Shown in pieces: positions 25,801 to 38,900 of a DNA stretch of 64,000 nucleotides. The position numbers and the translations under genes were made by a program. Position 1 is the first letter of the stretch, and each line of letters opens with the position of its first letter. The DNA is from Raillietiella orientalis (lineage: Eukaryota), in NCBI GenBank assembly GCA_036172245.1, contig JAYWIR010000012.1, positions 1,860,001-1,924,000 on the forward strand, in the 5' to 3' direction. The notes beneath the pieces were generated by a model. The model was not told the origin of the DNA. It saw only the letters and a program-made list of their open reading frames with translations, and ran no database searches.

Positions 25801-27377
25801 GAGGTAGTTCCGGTTGTATAATGTAGTTTTTTCTTTTTTTTTTTACTGGTGAAACCATTTCATATTTACATTGCGATGAATGTGTGGTATCTATTACCCT
25901 GTATGTAGGTTGCTATATTGTGGTTCTAGGAAGCATGATGATAAACCCTCAGGGTATTCCTCTTGTAAGATGGTTACTATTGGAGGTAGGCCTTTGAAAT
26001 GTTAGGTTTGCATTTAAATGAAATTTAACGTAAAGTAAGCCTTGCTCATGCAAATCATGAAGTGTGTACACTAATGAAATGTAAATTTCCCAGAATATTA
26101 CAAGTTTTTGGGAACTGGGTAATATTTGGGGCAATATTACTACATTCTTTAGTGAATATGGTATTTTTTGAAAATAAGGAAACCAAAAATGCCACTTTTA
26201 GATGCAATTTTTCAGGATATCACAGAAAACGAATATCAAATGCACAGAAACTTGGTTCTATATACCATTGTGCAGAAATCGGTTTCTTTCTTAACAAAAA
26301 TAAATAATTTTTGTTTGATGTTTGTAAAGCATTATCACCTGCAATACTTGCTGAGCTGCTAACTGATTAAATTTCAGGAAATCTGCATCGATTTAGAAAA
26401 ATTGCCTAGCAATCATTCATATCACAAAATTAATGTGAAACTTGAATCTCAGCTGGAACACTTGGAGTACCCACGTAACAATATACTCTATGTAAAAGAT
26501 TTAGCTCAAGGAGCATTTGGGCGAGTTTTTCAGGTAAGTTATGTTATTTTTGTTCTCTGATTGCACCTCAATATGTAACTGAGTTAAATTTGTAACATTG
26601 GCTCTGTCTGTAAAGGGTCAAATCCCCATATTGAATTCAGATGAAGAATTTACTATGGTTGCTGTCAAGATGTTAAAACCAGATGCAACAGAAGACCTTC
26701 AGGCAAACTTTGAAAGAGAGGCTATTCTTCTATCAAAGTTTGATCATCCTAATATTGTTAAGTTATTAGGGGTATGTACTGTGGGATATCCTACTTGCCT
26801 GTTGCTTGAATATATGGATCTCGGTGATTTAAATCAATGGCTTTTGACACATTCTGCCTTGCTGCCAGCTGTTAAATTACTGCTAGTGGCAGAACAAATA
26901 GCTGCTGGTATGGTGTATTTGAGTGAACGAGGCTATGTGCACTGTGATTTGGCTTGTCGCAACTGTTTAGTTAAAGAACCTTTGGTGGTAAAGATTGGTG
27001 ACTTTGGATTGAGTCAGCAGATACATCACTCTGAGTGCTTCCGGTACAATCAACAAGATAATATGCCCATACGTTGGATGCCTCTGGAAAGCATCCTCTA
27101 CAACAAATACAGTTCCAAATCTGATGTCTGGGCATTTGGTGTTTGCCTTTGGGAGATATTTAGTTATGGTCAATTGCCTTATCGTGATATGGCGCACAGC
27201 CAGGTTATAGCATTTTTGCAACAGGGATATCAACTTTCTCCACCACAAGATATGCCACCTTCTGTATGTCAGTTAATGAAATTGTGTTGGCATATTTTGC
27301 CTTCAGCGAGACCCACATTTCATGAGCTTTATGATTCGCTTATTACCCTTAGAAGGGACTGGGAAACAAGCAATTAA
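22810..27377 (+). CDS. MuSK/Nrk-like receptor tyrosine kinase (Ig, Frizzled-CRD, kringle, TM, kinase); true start not determined
   Basis: Exons 22810-22846 (tentative), 23030-23133, 24148-24310, 24354-24541, 24594-24855, 24897-25142 (kringle [13 protein letters not shown]), 25202-25347 (TM), 26378-26533 ([14 protein letters not shown]), 26616-27377 ([36 protein letters not shown]). Confidence 0.9.
23223..23260. repeat. 16-bp direct repeat TAAGAATCCATGATCT x2
   Basis: Copies at 23223-23238 and 23245-23260 in an RTK intron. Confidence 0.9.
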
Positions 27378-27559
27378 GGAATCTTTTTTTATAGAATTTT
27401 CTTTACGTTAACTAGTCAGTTGTATGTTGTGATTTATGATCTCAGGAAATGTTTGTAACATTTTGTTTATCTGAAACGGTGGGAGACACACGTCATTTTA
27501 AAAACCACCATCGTAATGAGTAAATCTTTGTATAAATAATTGCCAAAGTTTCTTTGTAT

Positions 27560-27569
27560 TTTTCTCTAG
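27560..27569 (+). promoter_or_regulatory. Unpaired 3' splice site upstream of MRPS33 (candidate trans-splice acceptor)
   Basis: TTTTCTCTAG ending 48 nt before the ATG, in the short RTK-MRPS33 gap. Confidence 0.45.
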
Positions 27570-27616
27570 GGATCTCAGTGGATTCACAGATGGCACACGT
27601 AGCCTAAAGGTACAAA

Positions 27617-28620
27617 ATGTCATTTTATAATTATGCTCGAGTGATTGTTAAAGACACTAAATATGCTAAAAACATGCAACGACTGAGCAGAAAAATCTTC
27701 GGAGAAGTAGTGCCTTCCACTGACTCCAATTCCATGAGAGTTGTGCAGATGTTTTCGCAGCTTCCTGTTGAATCCGACAGACATATCGTACAGTATTATC
27801 CCAGACACTTGGAAACGTACCAGTTAATGTCACACTTGCGTTCCTATGGTTTATATCGGTAAGTCTCTGCATGATACCGGACGAAGGATGAATGCGATAG
27901 AAGTTTTTGGCCGTATTTCATTGCTCGTGGCACTCGCTGTGATGGAATCGCCTCCACATCGCAGTGGAGCGGCTGCATCGCTGTTTTCGAATCCTTGCGT
28001 TGCAGTGGCTGGCAATGTAAAACCACTTTCCTGATCCCAAAGCGATTTCCATTGCGCTGGCATTTTGATGTTTTATTAATGGCTTTTAAAGTAGCAGCTC
28101 CTGGGTTGCGCAACTCCCAGGTGGCAGGTCACATATGAAATCTGCAGGCTGATGGGAGCGATTCCCGCCATGCACGCAACTCCCAGATGCCGTGCCGTTT
28201 GAGGAGGGAGCGAAACTCACTTTCTGTTGGTATTGTTGAGTGTTTTGTTCCAGCAACAAAGTGCTGTAACCGAATGGTTGCCAGAAGGCGTTGGTCTCCC
28301 GGTGGTGACCTTTCCCGTTTTCTGGCACCCCTCTTCGGGAAAGCAGTCGTAGTCGCAGCGGGCGGAGTCTCTGTCCTTTTCGGCACCTCTCCGCTCAAGT
28401 GCCGACGTTGTTCTTGCCAAGGGTTCGTGCTGGAGTTGGTTTTTTTTGTAGGACCGCTGGTGAGGTGGTGGTATGTGGTATTGCTTGTCCGTGTATAAAA
28501 AAAAACTAAGGCATGGAAAAAGAGGGAGGAAGCCACTTGGCTTTTGTGTGTGTGTGTGTGTTTGACACATGTGTGCGTGCCTGGATGCATTCACAAAGGT
28601 CGTGATTTGATTGAAGTTAT

Positions 28621-28654
<34 letters not shown>

Positions 28655-29651
28655 AAGTTTCCCATTGGCTTTACTCTCCCGTTTTTTGTTTGTTTCTTTT
28701 TTATGCGTTCGTAAAGTGCCACACAATCCATGTGATTTCACCCGCGAACTTTGGCCCGTTCCCTTCGTCTTCATCCTTTAGGAAATAGAAGTGTAATGTT
28801 TTCTTTGGCTCACTTTGGCGAAGTCAAAGTGTTGTTGCTATAATAAAACATGTTTTTGAAACGCGTGTTTTTGTTTCTTGGAATTACGACTGGGTGATTA
28901 CGGTGGAGTCGTTAGGTGGTTTTTTACTAGTCGTATCCCCGATTCTCGGACTCTCAGAAAAATATTTTCCCCCCCCTGTCATCGGCAAAATACCAATTTT
29001 CCTTACTAAACTGAATGTGTTTTTGCAAGACAACAGTACTGAACTATTATCATCCGTGCATGGATGATGCTCAAGGTCGATTCCAACTACTGCAGAGGAT
29101 AATTGTTTTTTTTTTTGTGTGTTTAAGGAGTACTTCGGAACCTGGATCTTTTTTTTAAAAAAAAGAAAAAAAGAAAAAAAAAACATTTGCTTACGTAATG
29201 TAAAACACGAAAGTAACTCAGCATGTAACATTTCGTTTGAATTTTGTCATTTGTCATCCGTAGAACGCTGAAAAAGACTCACTGAAACTTTGACATTCGT
29301 GTGTGATTGTAAGGTTCGGTGTGAACATCTATAGCGAAAATCGTATAGACATGTCTTTTAGTACAATCAGAAATTTATATTGCACAAGGAGACCTGTTGT
29401 AATACGGTTGGCAAATGCCAATTGGAAATTTCTCGTGCACCGTAACAGGAGCCTTAAAATGAGTGTGTGTGTGGTGACTGACCCTGTGCAAGTCAACAGG
29501 AAACGAAAAAAAAAAAATTTGTTTAATATGTGTGTGCAATTTAATTATTTTTTTTAGTGATGAGCATCTCGATTTTCAAGAAGAAATGACACGATTGCGT
29601 GCTCTAAGAGGCAAGATAAAGCCACAAAGAAAAAAGCAAACCCAGGAATAG
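27617..29651 (+). CDS. MRPS33: Mitochondrial ribosomal protein S33
   Basis: Exons 27617-27858 (YAKNMQRLSRKIFGEVV..YYPRH..LRSYGLYR) and 29558-29651 (DEHLDFQEEMTRLRALRGK), phase-2 junction. Confidence 0.93.
27859..29557 (+). other. Fold-back intron (MRPS33), apex near 28590
   Basis: 27907-27917/29401-29411, 27934-27944/29326-29337, 28344-28353/28883-28892, 28416-28429/28743-28755, (TG)n/(CA)n. Confidence 0.8.
28545..28652. repeat. Facing (TG)n and (CA)n microsatellites
   Basis: (TG)n 28545-28560, (CA)n 28624-28652. Confidence 0.9.
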
Positions 29652-29900
29652 CCGCTGCAGCGCTGTACCAAACCATACAAACCAATAAACTGTGTGAACC
29701 TACTACAAAAACTTTTCATTTTGTTAATCAGTTGGTGCATATACTTCCTTGAAATCATTATTCTGCGATTTCCTTATTGTTCACATCGCATTCATTTCGT
29801 ATGTATCTGCAGTAGTGAAACCAGTGATACAGCGCAGCATATACGGACGAAATCTTTGGTCGTGATGGATTTAGCAATTTCTTTGTAAAGTGGATAGGAA

Positions 29901-29910
29901 TTCTTCCCAG
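29901..29910 (+). promoter_or_regulatory. Candidate trans-splice acceptor upstream of trehalase
   Basis: TTCTTCCCAG 17 nt before ATG 29927; AATAAA of MRPS33 at 29684-29689. Confidence 0.45.
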
Positions 29911-29926
29911 AGGAGTTAACCGAAGC

Positions 29927-32900
29927 ATGGAAGCCGGTTTTCGTCTGTGTTTGTCAGTTCTGCTGAACTGGATGATGTCTTTGGCTACTTGCGAGACCAA
30001 CTTGCCGTGCGACAGGTATGAAAAATGTGCTTGGCACTCCCAATTGAAGGGGATCCCCACCTCGTGTGAATGTCGTAAGGGCTCAAAGTGTTTCGGAAAG
30101 TAAAAAGAGGCAATTCATTAATTAATGTAATTGGTGAGGTTGCGTGGTTTGTCGCCGTTGCCCTCTTGCGTAACTCTTTGAGCCTGTGTGTTCCAGCGAG
30201 ATCTTCTGTCACGGAAACCTGTTGCATGACGTTCAGATGGCCGCATTATTCGAAGACAGCAAGCATTTCGTGGACATGCCCCTGAAATTTGACCACGACG
30301 AGGTTCTCGAAAAGTACCAAGCATTAGTCAAAGCAAACAACGGCACTCCGCCTCGGGAGCAGATCCGGGAGTTTGTTGCCGCTAATTTTAAGGATCCGGG
30401 TCACGAATTGGAGAAGTGGGAACCTTCGGATTGGCAGGAGGAGTAAAGCGCTTTGTTTAATTTCGTTTTATTCCGATTTGATGTGGCAGCTGATGCGTTC
30501 CGCTCGCAGAAACCACGAATGCGTTGATTTCAAAATTTGGCTGTAAGATTTAGCTGGCAGCCTTTCCGATCTCACTCTCGCATAATGAAGCGTCGGTTCG
30601 AATTGGCCGTCATTCGTTTTTTTTGCTCAAAGATTATTTGGATCGACTTTAGCATGTGATCTCGGTTCCTGTCGTATCCGTACGGTGGCTGCTGAAAATT
30701 CACCTGGCCTTTGCATCACTTTTTATCATTACGGTTCATGAGACCAACCGCTACTTGGACTTCCCCCCCTTTCCCTTCTTGATGTGTAACCTCGTGTCTG
30801 AAGGTGCTCATTTGTTTGGGTACGGTCGCAAGAGCACGACATATGTAGCGTGCATTCCAACTTGTTCAGCACCTTTCCAATAAATTCATCTGAGGAATGG
30901 TGAGAAACAAGACCACCGATTCCAACGGCGTGAATGTTTCGATTTGGGAGCGCTCACGAGATTCGTTGAATAACATCTGCTGTTGCATAAGGGAGAACAC
31001 AGGCGGAGGCGATCTCCGAGCGGAGAGCTCTCAAAAACCCTTGCGAGTACGGAATCCTTCATTCATTGTGTAATGATAGGAAGGGAAAAAGGAAAAGATC
31101 TGAAGAAGAAAGTCTTTATTCCCGTTTCATAACCGATGAAAACTGAGCACGAGTAATTAAAGCGTGCACGGATCACGATTTGATCTTCTGGGAGTGCAGC
31201 TGTTTGTGCCCTCCCTCATCATCGGTTAAGGTCAGAAAAAGGAAACATCAATTTCAATTCGTTTTCTATTTTGGATTCTCTTTTTGAAACTGTTCGTGAT
31301 TTCATTTAATAAGGTGCATGGTTTGGAGCCCGAATTGTCCATTCAATTTTAGGCCGCGTACGTTCTGTTTTCAATCGCTTCTCATTTTAAATCTTTTTTT
31401 TTTTTTTGAACTTTTACGGTAAATTCACAAAGGATTTGTACGTATGTGTCATGTATTTCCTACCTGTGTGTGTGTGTGTGTGTGTTTTTTTTTTACGTGG
31501 ATTATGTCGTGCTTTAATGTCGATCTAGATGCAAACTTGGTGTTGCACCTCTTCGCATTCACGTAGAAAAAACTTCGTTGGCATAGCATATCACCCTTTT
31601 GGTTCACTTTACAACGAATTTGAAGATCTTCGTTCGGAAGGAATATTTGTTGTACTCAGCACTGAAAATATTGTCCATGGGCAAGTTCTGCATTATACAC
31701 TCTCTAGAATTGTAGGCGGTGCGGAAACCAGTTGCTTTGCTTTGCTCCAGAACTGGACCGCGGAACGGTGGACCGTGTATCCGTTTTGGTGCACGTACCG
31801 ATACAAAAGATCGTAAAAAAGAGGGTAGGGGGGAGGAAAAAGCATAGTTTTGAAGAAATCTATGTATTTCTCTGGTCAAGGGAGTACAATGCGCCCGTTG
31901 CAGTTTGCTCAATGCGTGCACGATCACTTTTCTTCAAGTTTTTCTCAGATGCCCTCAGATGTGTGGTTTGTCATCCCGCTGAAACCAATCGGTAGATCGA
32001 ACTGTTTCCGGACTGATGGAACTATCCGAGGGATCTTTCCTCCTCAGCAGTCCATGCTTCATTCCAGTCATTTGATTTGGTGGAAGTCTCTGCGAGCCTT
32101 TGGAATTTTTTCTAGGATCCGGCCGTTGGGAAAATGCGCTACATTGAGTCAGTTGCCCGCAGGATAATCACTCGATAATGGCCATGAGCGATAAATTCGT
32201 TTCATCGTCGTATTTAAGCGAAATTTCAAGTTGTAATGCGTAAATGTGAACTGTAACCGTGTAAACATATACATTTTTCAAACGTATGAACGGAGTGTAC
32301 AATTAATAGTATTGGAGATGAGAACCGTGCCTTGACTGCACGATGCACAACTCCAGAGTGTCCATGTAAATTTTGGAACAGTACAATAGCTGTTTGCGTC
32401 ACTATCCAGAATGTCTCTGAAGTCTTCAGGCAACCAAATCGTTTCCTTATGTGCTCATAGTAGTGAATTCGTGATTTCAGCGTAAAAGTCGCCCGTGACG
32501 TGTATCTCTCATAAAGGAAGTTTTATGGCACACTCAACGTTCAGTTGCTCTCTGCTTCTGCGTGCTTAAAATGGTTAATTACCCACCAAGTCCACATCTG
32601 TTTTTGCACTACAGAGCTAACGAAGAAGCAGTTTGCTAAGAAACGAGTTCTCATCAGTGCTTTCACTTTTGGTTCGTGTATTTTAAGGGGATTGCTCGCT
32701 CCGTGGGGATGGGAGCATCTCGATGTGCTTTCTGTTCCGAAGAGATGACCCCCAGGTTGTTTTGCACCAACGCTTTCTGCGGTCCAAACGAAGCGGTTGT
32801 TCTTCGGGGTCGCCGCGATCCCATTTCGCTTTCGAGGTGCTTTGAATTTCCCTCTCAAGCACCAGCAAGAAACCGGTGCAAGCCTTCTGCATTATAGGTG

Positions 32901-35900
32901 CCCGGGCAAGGAACTCGTGTTTCTACTTCATCCGTAGATCGGGTGTCTGCTGTCTCCGTTCACGTATCATTTGTGCTTTCTTGATTGGCGAAATTCTTTT
33001 TTTTTCTTTTCTTTTTACATTCATTCTGTGTTTGGAGAATAAGAATTCTCCTTGAGTTGATTCCGATTCCGATTGTCACGTTCAGCAATGCGAAATGATC
33101 CAGGTTCCTAGTGGCCACGTGGTCTACGAAGAGAGGTCGATCACAAATTAATCACTAGCACTGTGGTTGCCGACTTTGCAGTCTTCAAGATGGGTACCAT
33201 CTGATCAAAAACTGAAACATCACATTTGGATGCATTCTTTGTAGAACCCAAAATGTAGATTTGTGCTTGTTCGTTGCTAGTCATGTAGCAGAATTTCAGT
33301 CTGTTTCCCTTTTCCACTATTTGCATTTGGAGTGATGCTATCGAAGCTGTTGATAATCTTTACCCCACTTAAGAGAAATAAATTTGCATCGGAACCACTC
33401 AAAATGAGCTCTGTACCATCATCTGGGAGTTTGAGGCGGTATTATTTCTCTACCCTTATCAACGAAGAATGCTCGGAAATTCCCAAAATCTATATCAAAC
33501 TTACGAATCTACGTGCATAATATTAACATAACTAAGAAGATATTCATTTAGTATGAAGTGAGCTGCTGGAACATAGATATGGTGAATCGATATGGTTTGA
33601 TAAGTATTCTGCATATGTGGATGAAAGGGCTAAATGGGACTAAACAGACCCTCACGTCGTTTTTAAATAACAAGCGTTCCTATCGTGCTCTTCCCCCTTC
33701 ACATCTTGTATGCGTTCCTGGAGATATCTTTCGGAGCCTCAATCATCTTTTCCCGTGTGCGAAAGAGTTGGTCAAGTTCGGACACCTCGGTATCGAGGGT
33801 TCCAGCAGCGAAAACACAATACTCTCTTCTGGTTGCCACCGTGTTCTCGTTCGGTGCTAAACTGGAGGGATCTCATAACATGGTTACGTCTCATCAAAGG
33901 AACTCCTCAAAAGAACTCCTCATGTCGAGTTCACTTCTCTTTTTTGAGGGATGTTTAGCGGCCGGAGTAAAATTATGGACAGACCCTTCAAAAATCCTCC
34001 TACAATTATTCGGAGCGTATGTTCTGCGCGTGTGTTCTTTCCTAACATGCCATTTCCGAAATCTAAGACATCATCTTCCTGTTTTCGTCACCTCCCTCAT
34101 TTTATCCCAAATTTCCTTCGGAAACGATGCTCGGGAGAATTTCACTTCCTGTATAATTTCCTGTTCTAAGGGAAAGTTCCACGCAGGTTCGTGGATTTTG
34201 GATCTCAGGGCGAGTTACTTTGCCCTCAAGCTTTATTAGTTTGTATTTTAAAAGCTTTTGTAGGCCTAGGATTTAGATCTTTCGTGCGTTTTTCTTTTTG
34301 CCGTCTTTGTTTGTTTGTTTGTTTTTTTTTGTTCGCTCATTTTTTAAAGTGAACCACGAGACTCGAGCTTGCGAAGTAATCACAGAACTGTCAATGGTGA
34401 CTTCTGGTTTCCAATGCATTTCCGCCTTCATGTTGTTCGTGAATTCTGCAGGCTCCGACGCAAACTGTGCGAATTTGGGCGAAGACGCCCGGAAGAAAGG
34501 ATGTCACTAAATGAAGTGCACTCAACCGATTGCTCCGTGAAAATAAGTTAACATCTATGCCGGCGTGCATTCGCACAAAGATGCATCAACTGCATTTGGA
34601 AACCGGGAGATTTGTGTCTTTCACCGAAACAGCTGCAGAAGGATCGAGGATTAGGATGAACTCACGCTTCAAGGACTATCTGCCGCATTTCACTGCCAAT
34701 TTTCCCTCTTTTTTCGCATTCTTCATCTCCCGTGGTGCTTGCATGAAGTCAGACTTGCATCCGTGCAAACAGTCTTGCTGATCGTGAAGTATGCGGATTT
34801 GTTTTCATTCTTCCGATTTCTTTTTTCTAAAGTTTGGGACGTCTTTTGCAAGTGCGTTTTTCTTCTTCTTCCTTTCTTCATGTTCTGAAAAAGATCAGTC
34901 GGTGCGTCCTCATTGCACGGTGTTGCATCCACGAAATGGAGCTGTTCGCCGAAGTGATTCAGCGAACAGCTGAATTCTTGAATCGGAAAGTTTCTTCAGC
35001 TGCGCGTCTCATCTCCAAAACTCAGGGCGCCGGTAATTGCGAAAGCACATTTCTGGCGAAAGTGTGCTCTCGCGATGTGTGCGACGTTCGGAACAAAATA
35101 AGGTGAGGTAGCGAATTTCGAGCACGGACTGGTCGGAAGCGGAAGCCGCATTTGTTTTCACTGGGGGGTGCGGAGCCGCGGCCTTTTAACTCCCCCTCTG
35201 TCCAATCGGAGGTTTTATTTCTTTTTGAAGTCGTCGGCTCCTGTGTTTTCTTGGCCAGATCCTTCCCTCCTTCCGTCAACAAACAGCATCCACTCATCGT
35301 GGAAACGGCGCTTCAGATTACTGCGACGTTTGCCTACTTTCTGGAAAACCTCTAGGGACCCCGGATCCCTTACCCGTGCGGGATTACCGAATGTGGCTCT
35401 GTGCATTTCTTTTCTTTTCCTTTTTTTTGCTTCATCCACCTCCTGGCCCGATGGGAATAGTCGGTCGAAGCAGTTGCTAAACTGCACAGGTGTGTTCGGC
35501 AGTTCGGAATCTAGAATTCGATTAATTCTTCTCCATTTTGGTCACCAAAGCACTTAATACCCCTCGATGTTGCAGTGGTCTTCTTTAAGCGACATCCCGT
35601 GAATGCGAAAAGAAGCGGCCAGTTGCACTGGTTTCATTGCCTGTACAATCACCGAGGTGTACGCCCACAAAACGAAAACTGCTAAACACGCAGCAATAAG
35701 GGTTTGGGAGTCCTGGAAACATCCTGAGCGGCGGCCGCCCCTGCTTTTCGAATCGCGCCTGCCGGCAACTCCCACGTGTTTGCGTACCGTGGGGCCCAAG
35801 AACTTGCAAGTGCCGCTGCTAGTGTTCGGAACGTCTACTCTTGAGTGCGTGCAGAACACGAGAGCAGCATTAAAAGTGTCATTTCTGGCGTTCATTGCGC

Positions 35901-38900
35901 AAATGTACGTACGTCTCGAGCTCCTGACGTTTCCGGCTTCAGGATTCGTTTACGGTTACTATTTGGGGGAGATCCCCCTCGATTCGCACCCATCGCCCAA
36001 TGGAGCCAGGCAGTAGGGGCGAACAGCACGTTGGGAAGCAAGAGCGAGCGCTCGTCCGGTAATCGATGAAGCAAGGCACGGTGTTCGACACAGGAGTGTT
36101 TTCGAGGTTTCGTGTATTCAGGGAGAAGTAGGTTGATTGCGCTGTATGGACCCATACGGTGTTCCGACTCCGTGGCGACGTTCTGATGATGTGAATGTTG
36201 CATTTAGTCATTAGCTAAGTTCATTGACCTCAGCAGAGTGACGATAAGGGGAGCCTAGCAACAACTGATAGCAGCGTTCAATAATAATAACGCAGGGCGA
36301 AACGAGCTCGAGATACCGAGTGTGTGGCGCAAATTACGAAACCTGGGTGCGAAATGGTGGTCCGGAACAGAAAGCACCCAAACGAGCCAACATTGGACCG
36401 ATGCAGTCAATGGTGTGCTGGACGTTCAAGAGCTCCAGTATGCTTTCCGACAAACTTAGGTGCACACAAATCGGGGTGTGCTTGCAGCCGAAGTAGGTGG
36501 GGTCGGATTGTATGACGAGCACTGGTGGGGCTCGCACTTTTGCCTAGCTACTCTTAGGGTAAGCTGTGCATGCGCGTGCTCTCCGTGTGGACGATCGCAC
36601 GCAGGATACAGCAAGGCGAGCCGAGCAGGCGCCAGCTGCTAGGCCCCCATCTCGCAGGCGGTACACTTTCTCTGGGAGTGTATCGTCTGTGCTTTGAGTC
36701 GGCGCTGAGGTTTTCGGCGTTGGCATCTCGTTTGCACCACCATCTCCCCCTAGGTTTGCCATAGACCTCGAGCTCGGTTGTTGTTGTTATTGAAAGCGTC
36801 CGCCTACCTTTTGCCACTCTCGTCGACGTCTCCCTGGCCGCCAAGGAAACGAGTTGGGACTTCGCCCCGGGTGGCAGCTTCGGACTATGCTTCGGGAGGG
36901 CGTAGGCGGCGTTGCTTTCGCATTCGTGGGTCCCCCTCACCATTACTGAAACGTTCGCTGTTTGCGAGGACTTGTGGGGCAGGGAAGGAGGTTCTCCTGC
37001 CTTGGCGCGCAAGTCTTCGTGGTCTAGTGATCTTGGTGTGGTTGTACCAAGAAACTGGAATTGAAAGTGATTTCTCCTTCCTTGCGTGTAGTCAAGCTAA
37101 CTGTCTGTCGATCTGAGGTATAAATCGCAACAGCGCGGATGGCGGGAGTCGGATGAAGCTCTGCGTTGGGGATGTTTGCGGTCATGAGGGTAGATGAAGG
37201 CAGTGCAGCGGAAAGGGGGGGGGGGACTGAAACGATCCAAGAGCGTTAGCCGACAGGGCTCAGTGTATAGAGGGGTGTCTGAACGTGCGGTCGGTTGCTG
37301 TGCGCACACCATATCCACCGCATGGAACCCATACCAGAACAACCTGCCCGAAGGACGTTAGTCGGCGTGTTTTCAATACGAGGTGCTGGCCAGGGAAGGG
37401 CCGGTCTTTAGGGGTAGCGGGGCGGTACTCGACTAGGAAACCGAAACCGAGGGAAGCTTTCTCTGGAGGAGCACGCAGCACTCCTTCCGGGCCGGGCCGT
37501 TTCCAGGAGTGATCGTGCACTTCCAGTGCGGAAAGCAGCGCAGACCGAAATGAAGGGGCCAAAAGAAGGAAAGTGAAGGCGCCGTGTGTGGAGTGGCAAC
37601 CCGAGAGCATGGTGGTTACCTCTGCCCCTCCTGTCGACCCTCGCACTTGCGGGTTCAATCCTTTTTTTTTTTTTTTTCAGTCACAGCGAACCAATACTTG
37701 CACACCCTTGGGCTGGACGAGCGGGAGGTTACCGTGGGAGATGCTGTGTGTGGTGCACGCCATGCAAGGCAAGAGAGCTAGCTGTTTGAGTCTGGCATGG
37801 CGATTTCGCCCCGACATTTTTGGAACGCCGCCGGGGGTCCTTAGTCACCCGGCCGATCCGTTTGTGCCCCCTTCCGCCTCATTCCGTTTATGGAATGGCG
37901 TCCTCACGTGTGAGCTGCTCTTCTGGCTGGTTGCCGTGGAGAACTCTTTTCTACACGCAAACTGCGCGAAAGATCAGAAGGTTGCCTCCCTCGTAAGAAC
38001 AGCTGCTCAGTTGCGCGTGCTTCCAATTCGTGGCTTCCGGCATGACACCTGCCATTGCGTTGGAATTCACCAAGACCTCGCGAACCAGTGGACGCTAACG
38101 AGGGATCGGACTTCGGATGATATCCTCGGCAGCAGCTGTGAGTGCGGCGCTCGCTGCGGGCTCGTGCTCTCCTGGTCACACCCCCTGCCTTTCGCGACCT
38201 TGGGAAAAGGCTGTGCTGGCTGGCCGGTGGACCTTCCGTTGCTTTGTCTCTAAGCGGTGCGGGAAGAAGCAACACACTTCCTCCCAAGCTGCCCCGAAAC
38301 TGCTTGTCTTTCTACGTTCAAGTGGTGACCTTGCCCGAGATGCCTATATACGAATGCACCTGCCTCACCGTCAGGATGCAAGTGTCATGGTCGCCTGTGC
38401 CATCTCGTTTCGTGAGCTTTTCTTTCGAGGCCGCCGTCGCGCATCAAGGCCGTGGCTTGTTTCTCTGGGGCTCTCGCGTGTCTTGGAGTCGTCATCCATT
38501 TCTCCCCTCTTTCTCCCTCATCCGCTCTTACCGGAAGTTTTCCCATGCAGCTTCCTCGTCCTCACACCCGGGGAAATAGATGCTCAGGGCCAAGAATTCG
38601 AAGTACACCTGCAAGGACAGCTCCCACGTGTCTCACATCACTTCCACTTTTCATCCACGCTTGTGCACAGCTTACGTACGCGTACAGACAGGGAACATCT
38701 CCCGCACCTAACCATTGACTTTTTCCCATACTTGGCGGCGGCAGTGGTGAAAAAAAATTCCATGCTGCGGAAACCCCGCTCCCAGCGCTTTAATCCATGT
38801 TGAACAAGACAGAAGTGGAGCTTTCCATCGTAAGAGGTGGCGGAAGGCGTTTCTTCCCAAGCTCCGTTCAGTCCCAGTCGGTGGTGCAGAAACTTCCACT

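Noticed and set aside
32573..32591. SL-like GGTTAATTACCCACCAAG
   Set aside because: No AG|GT donor after the leader and no convincing Sm site.
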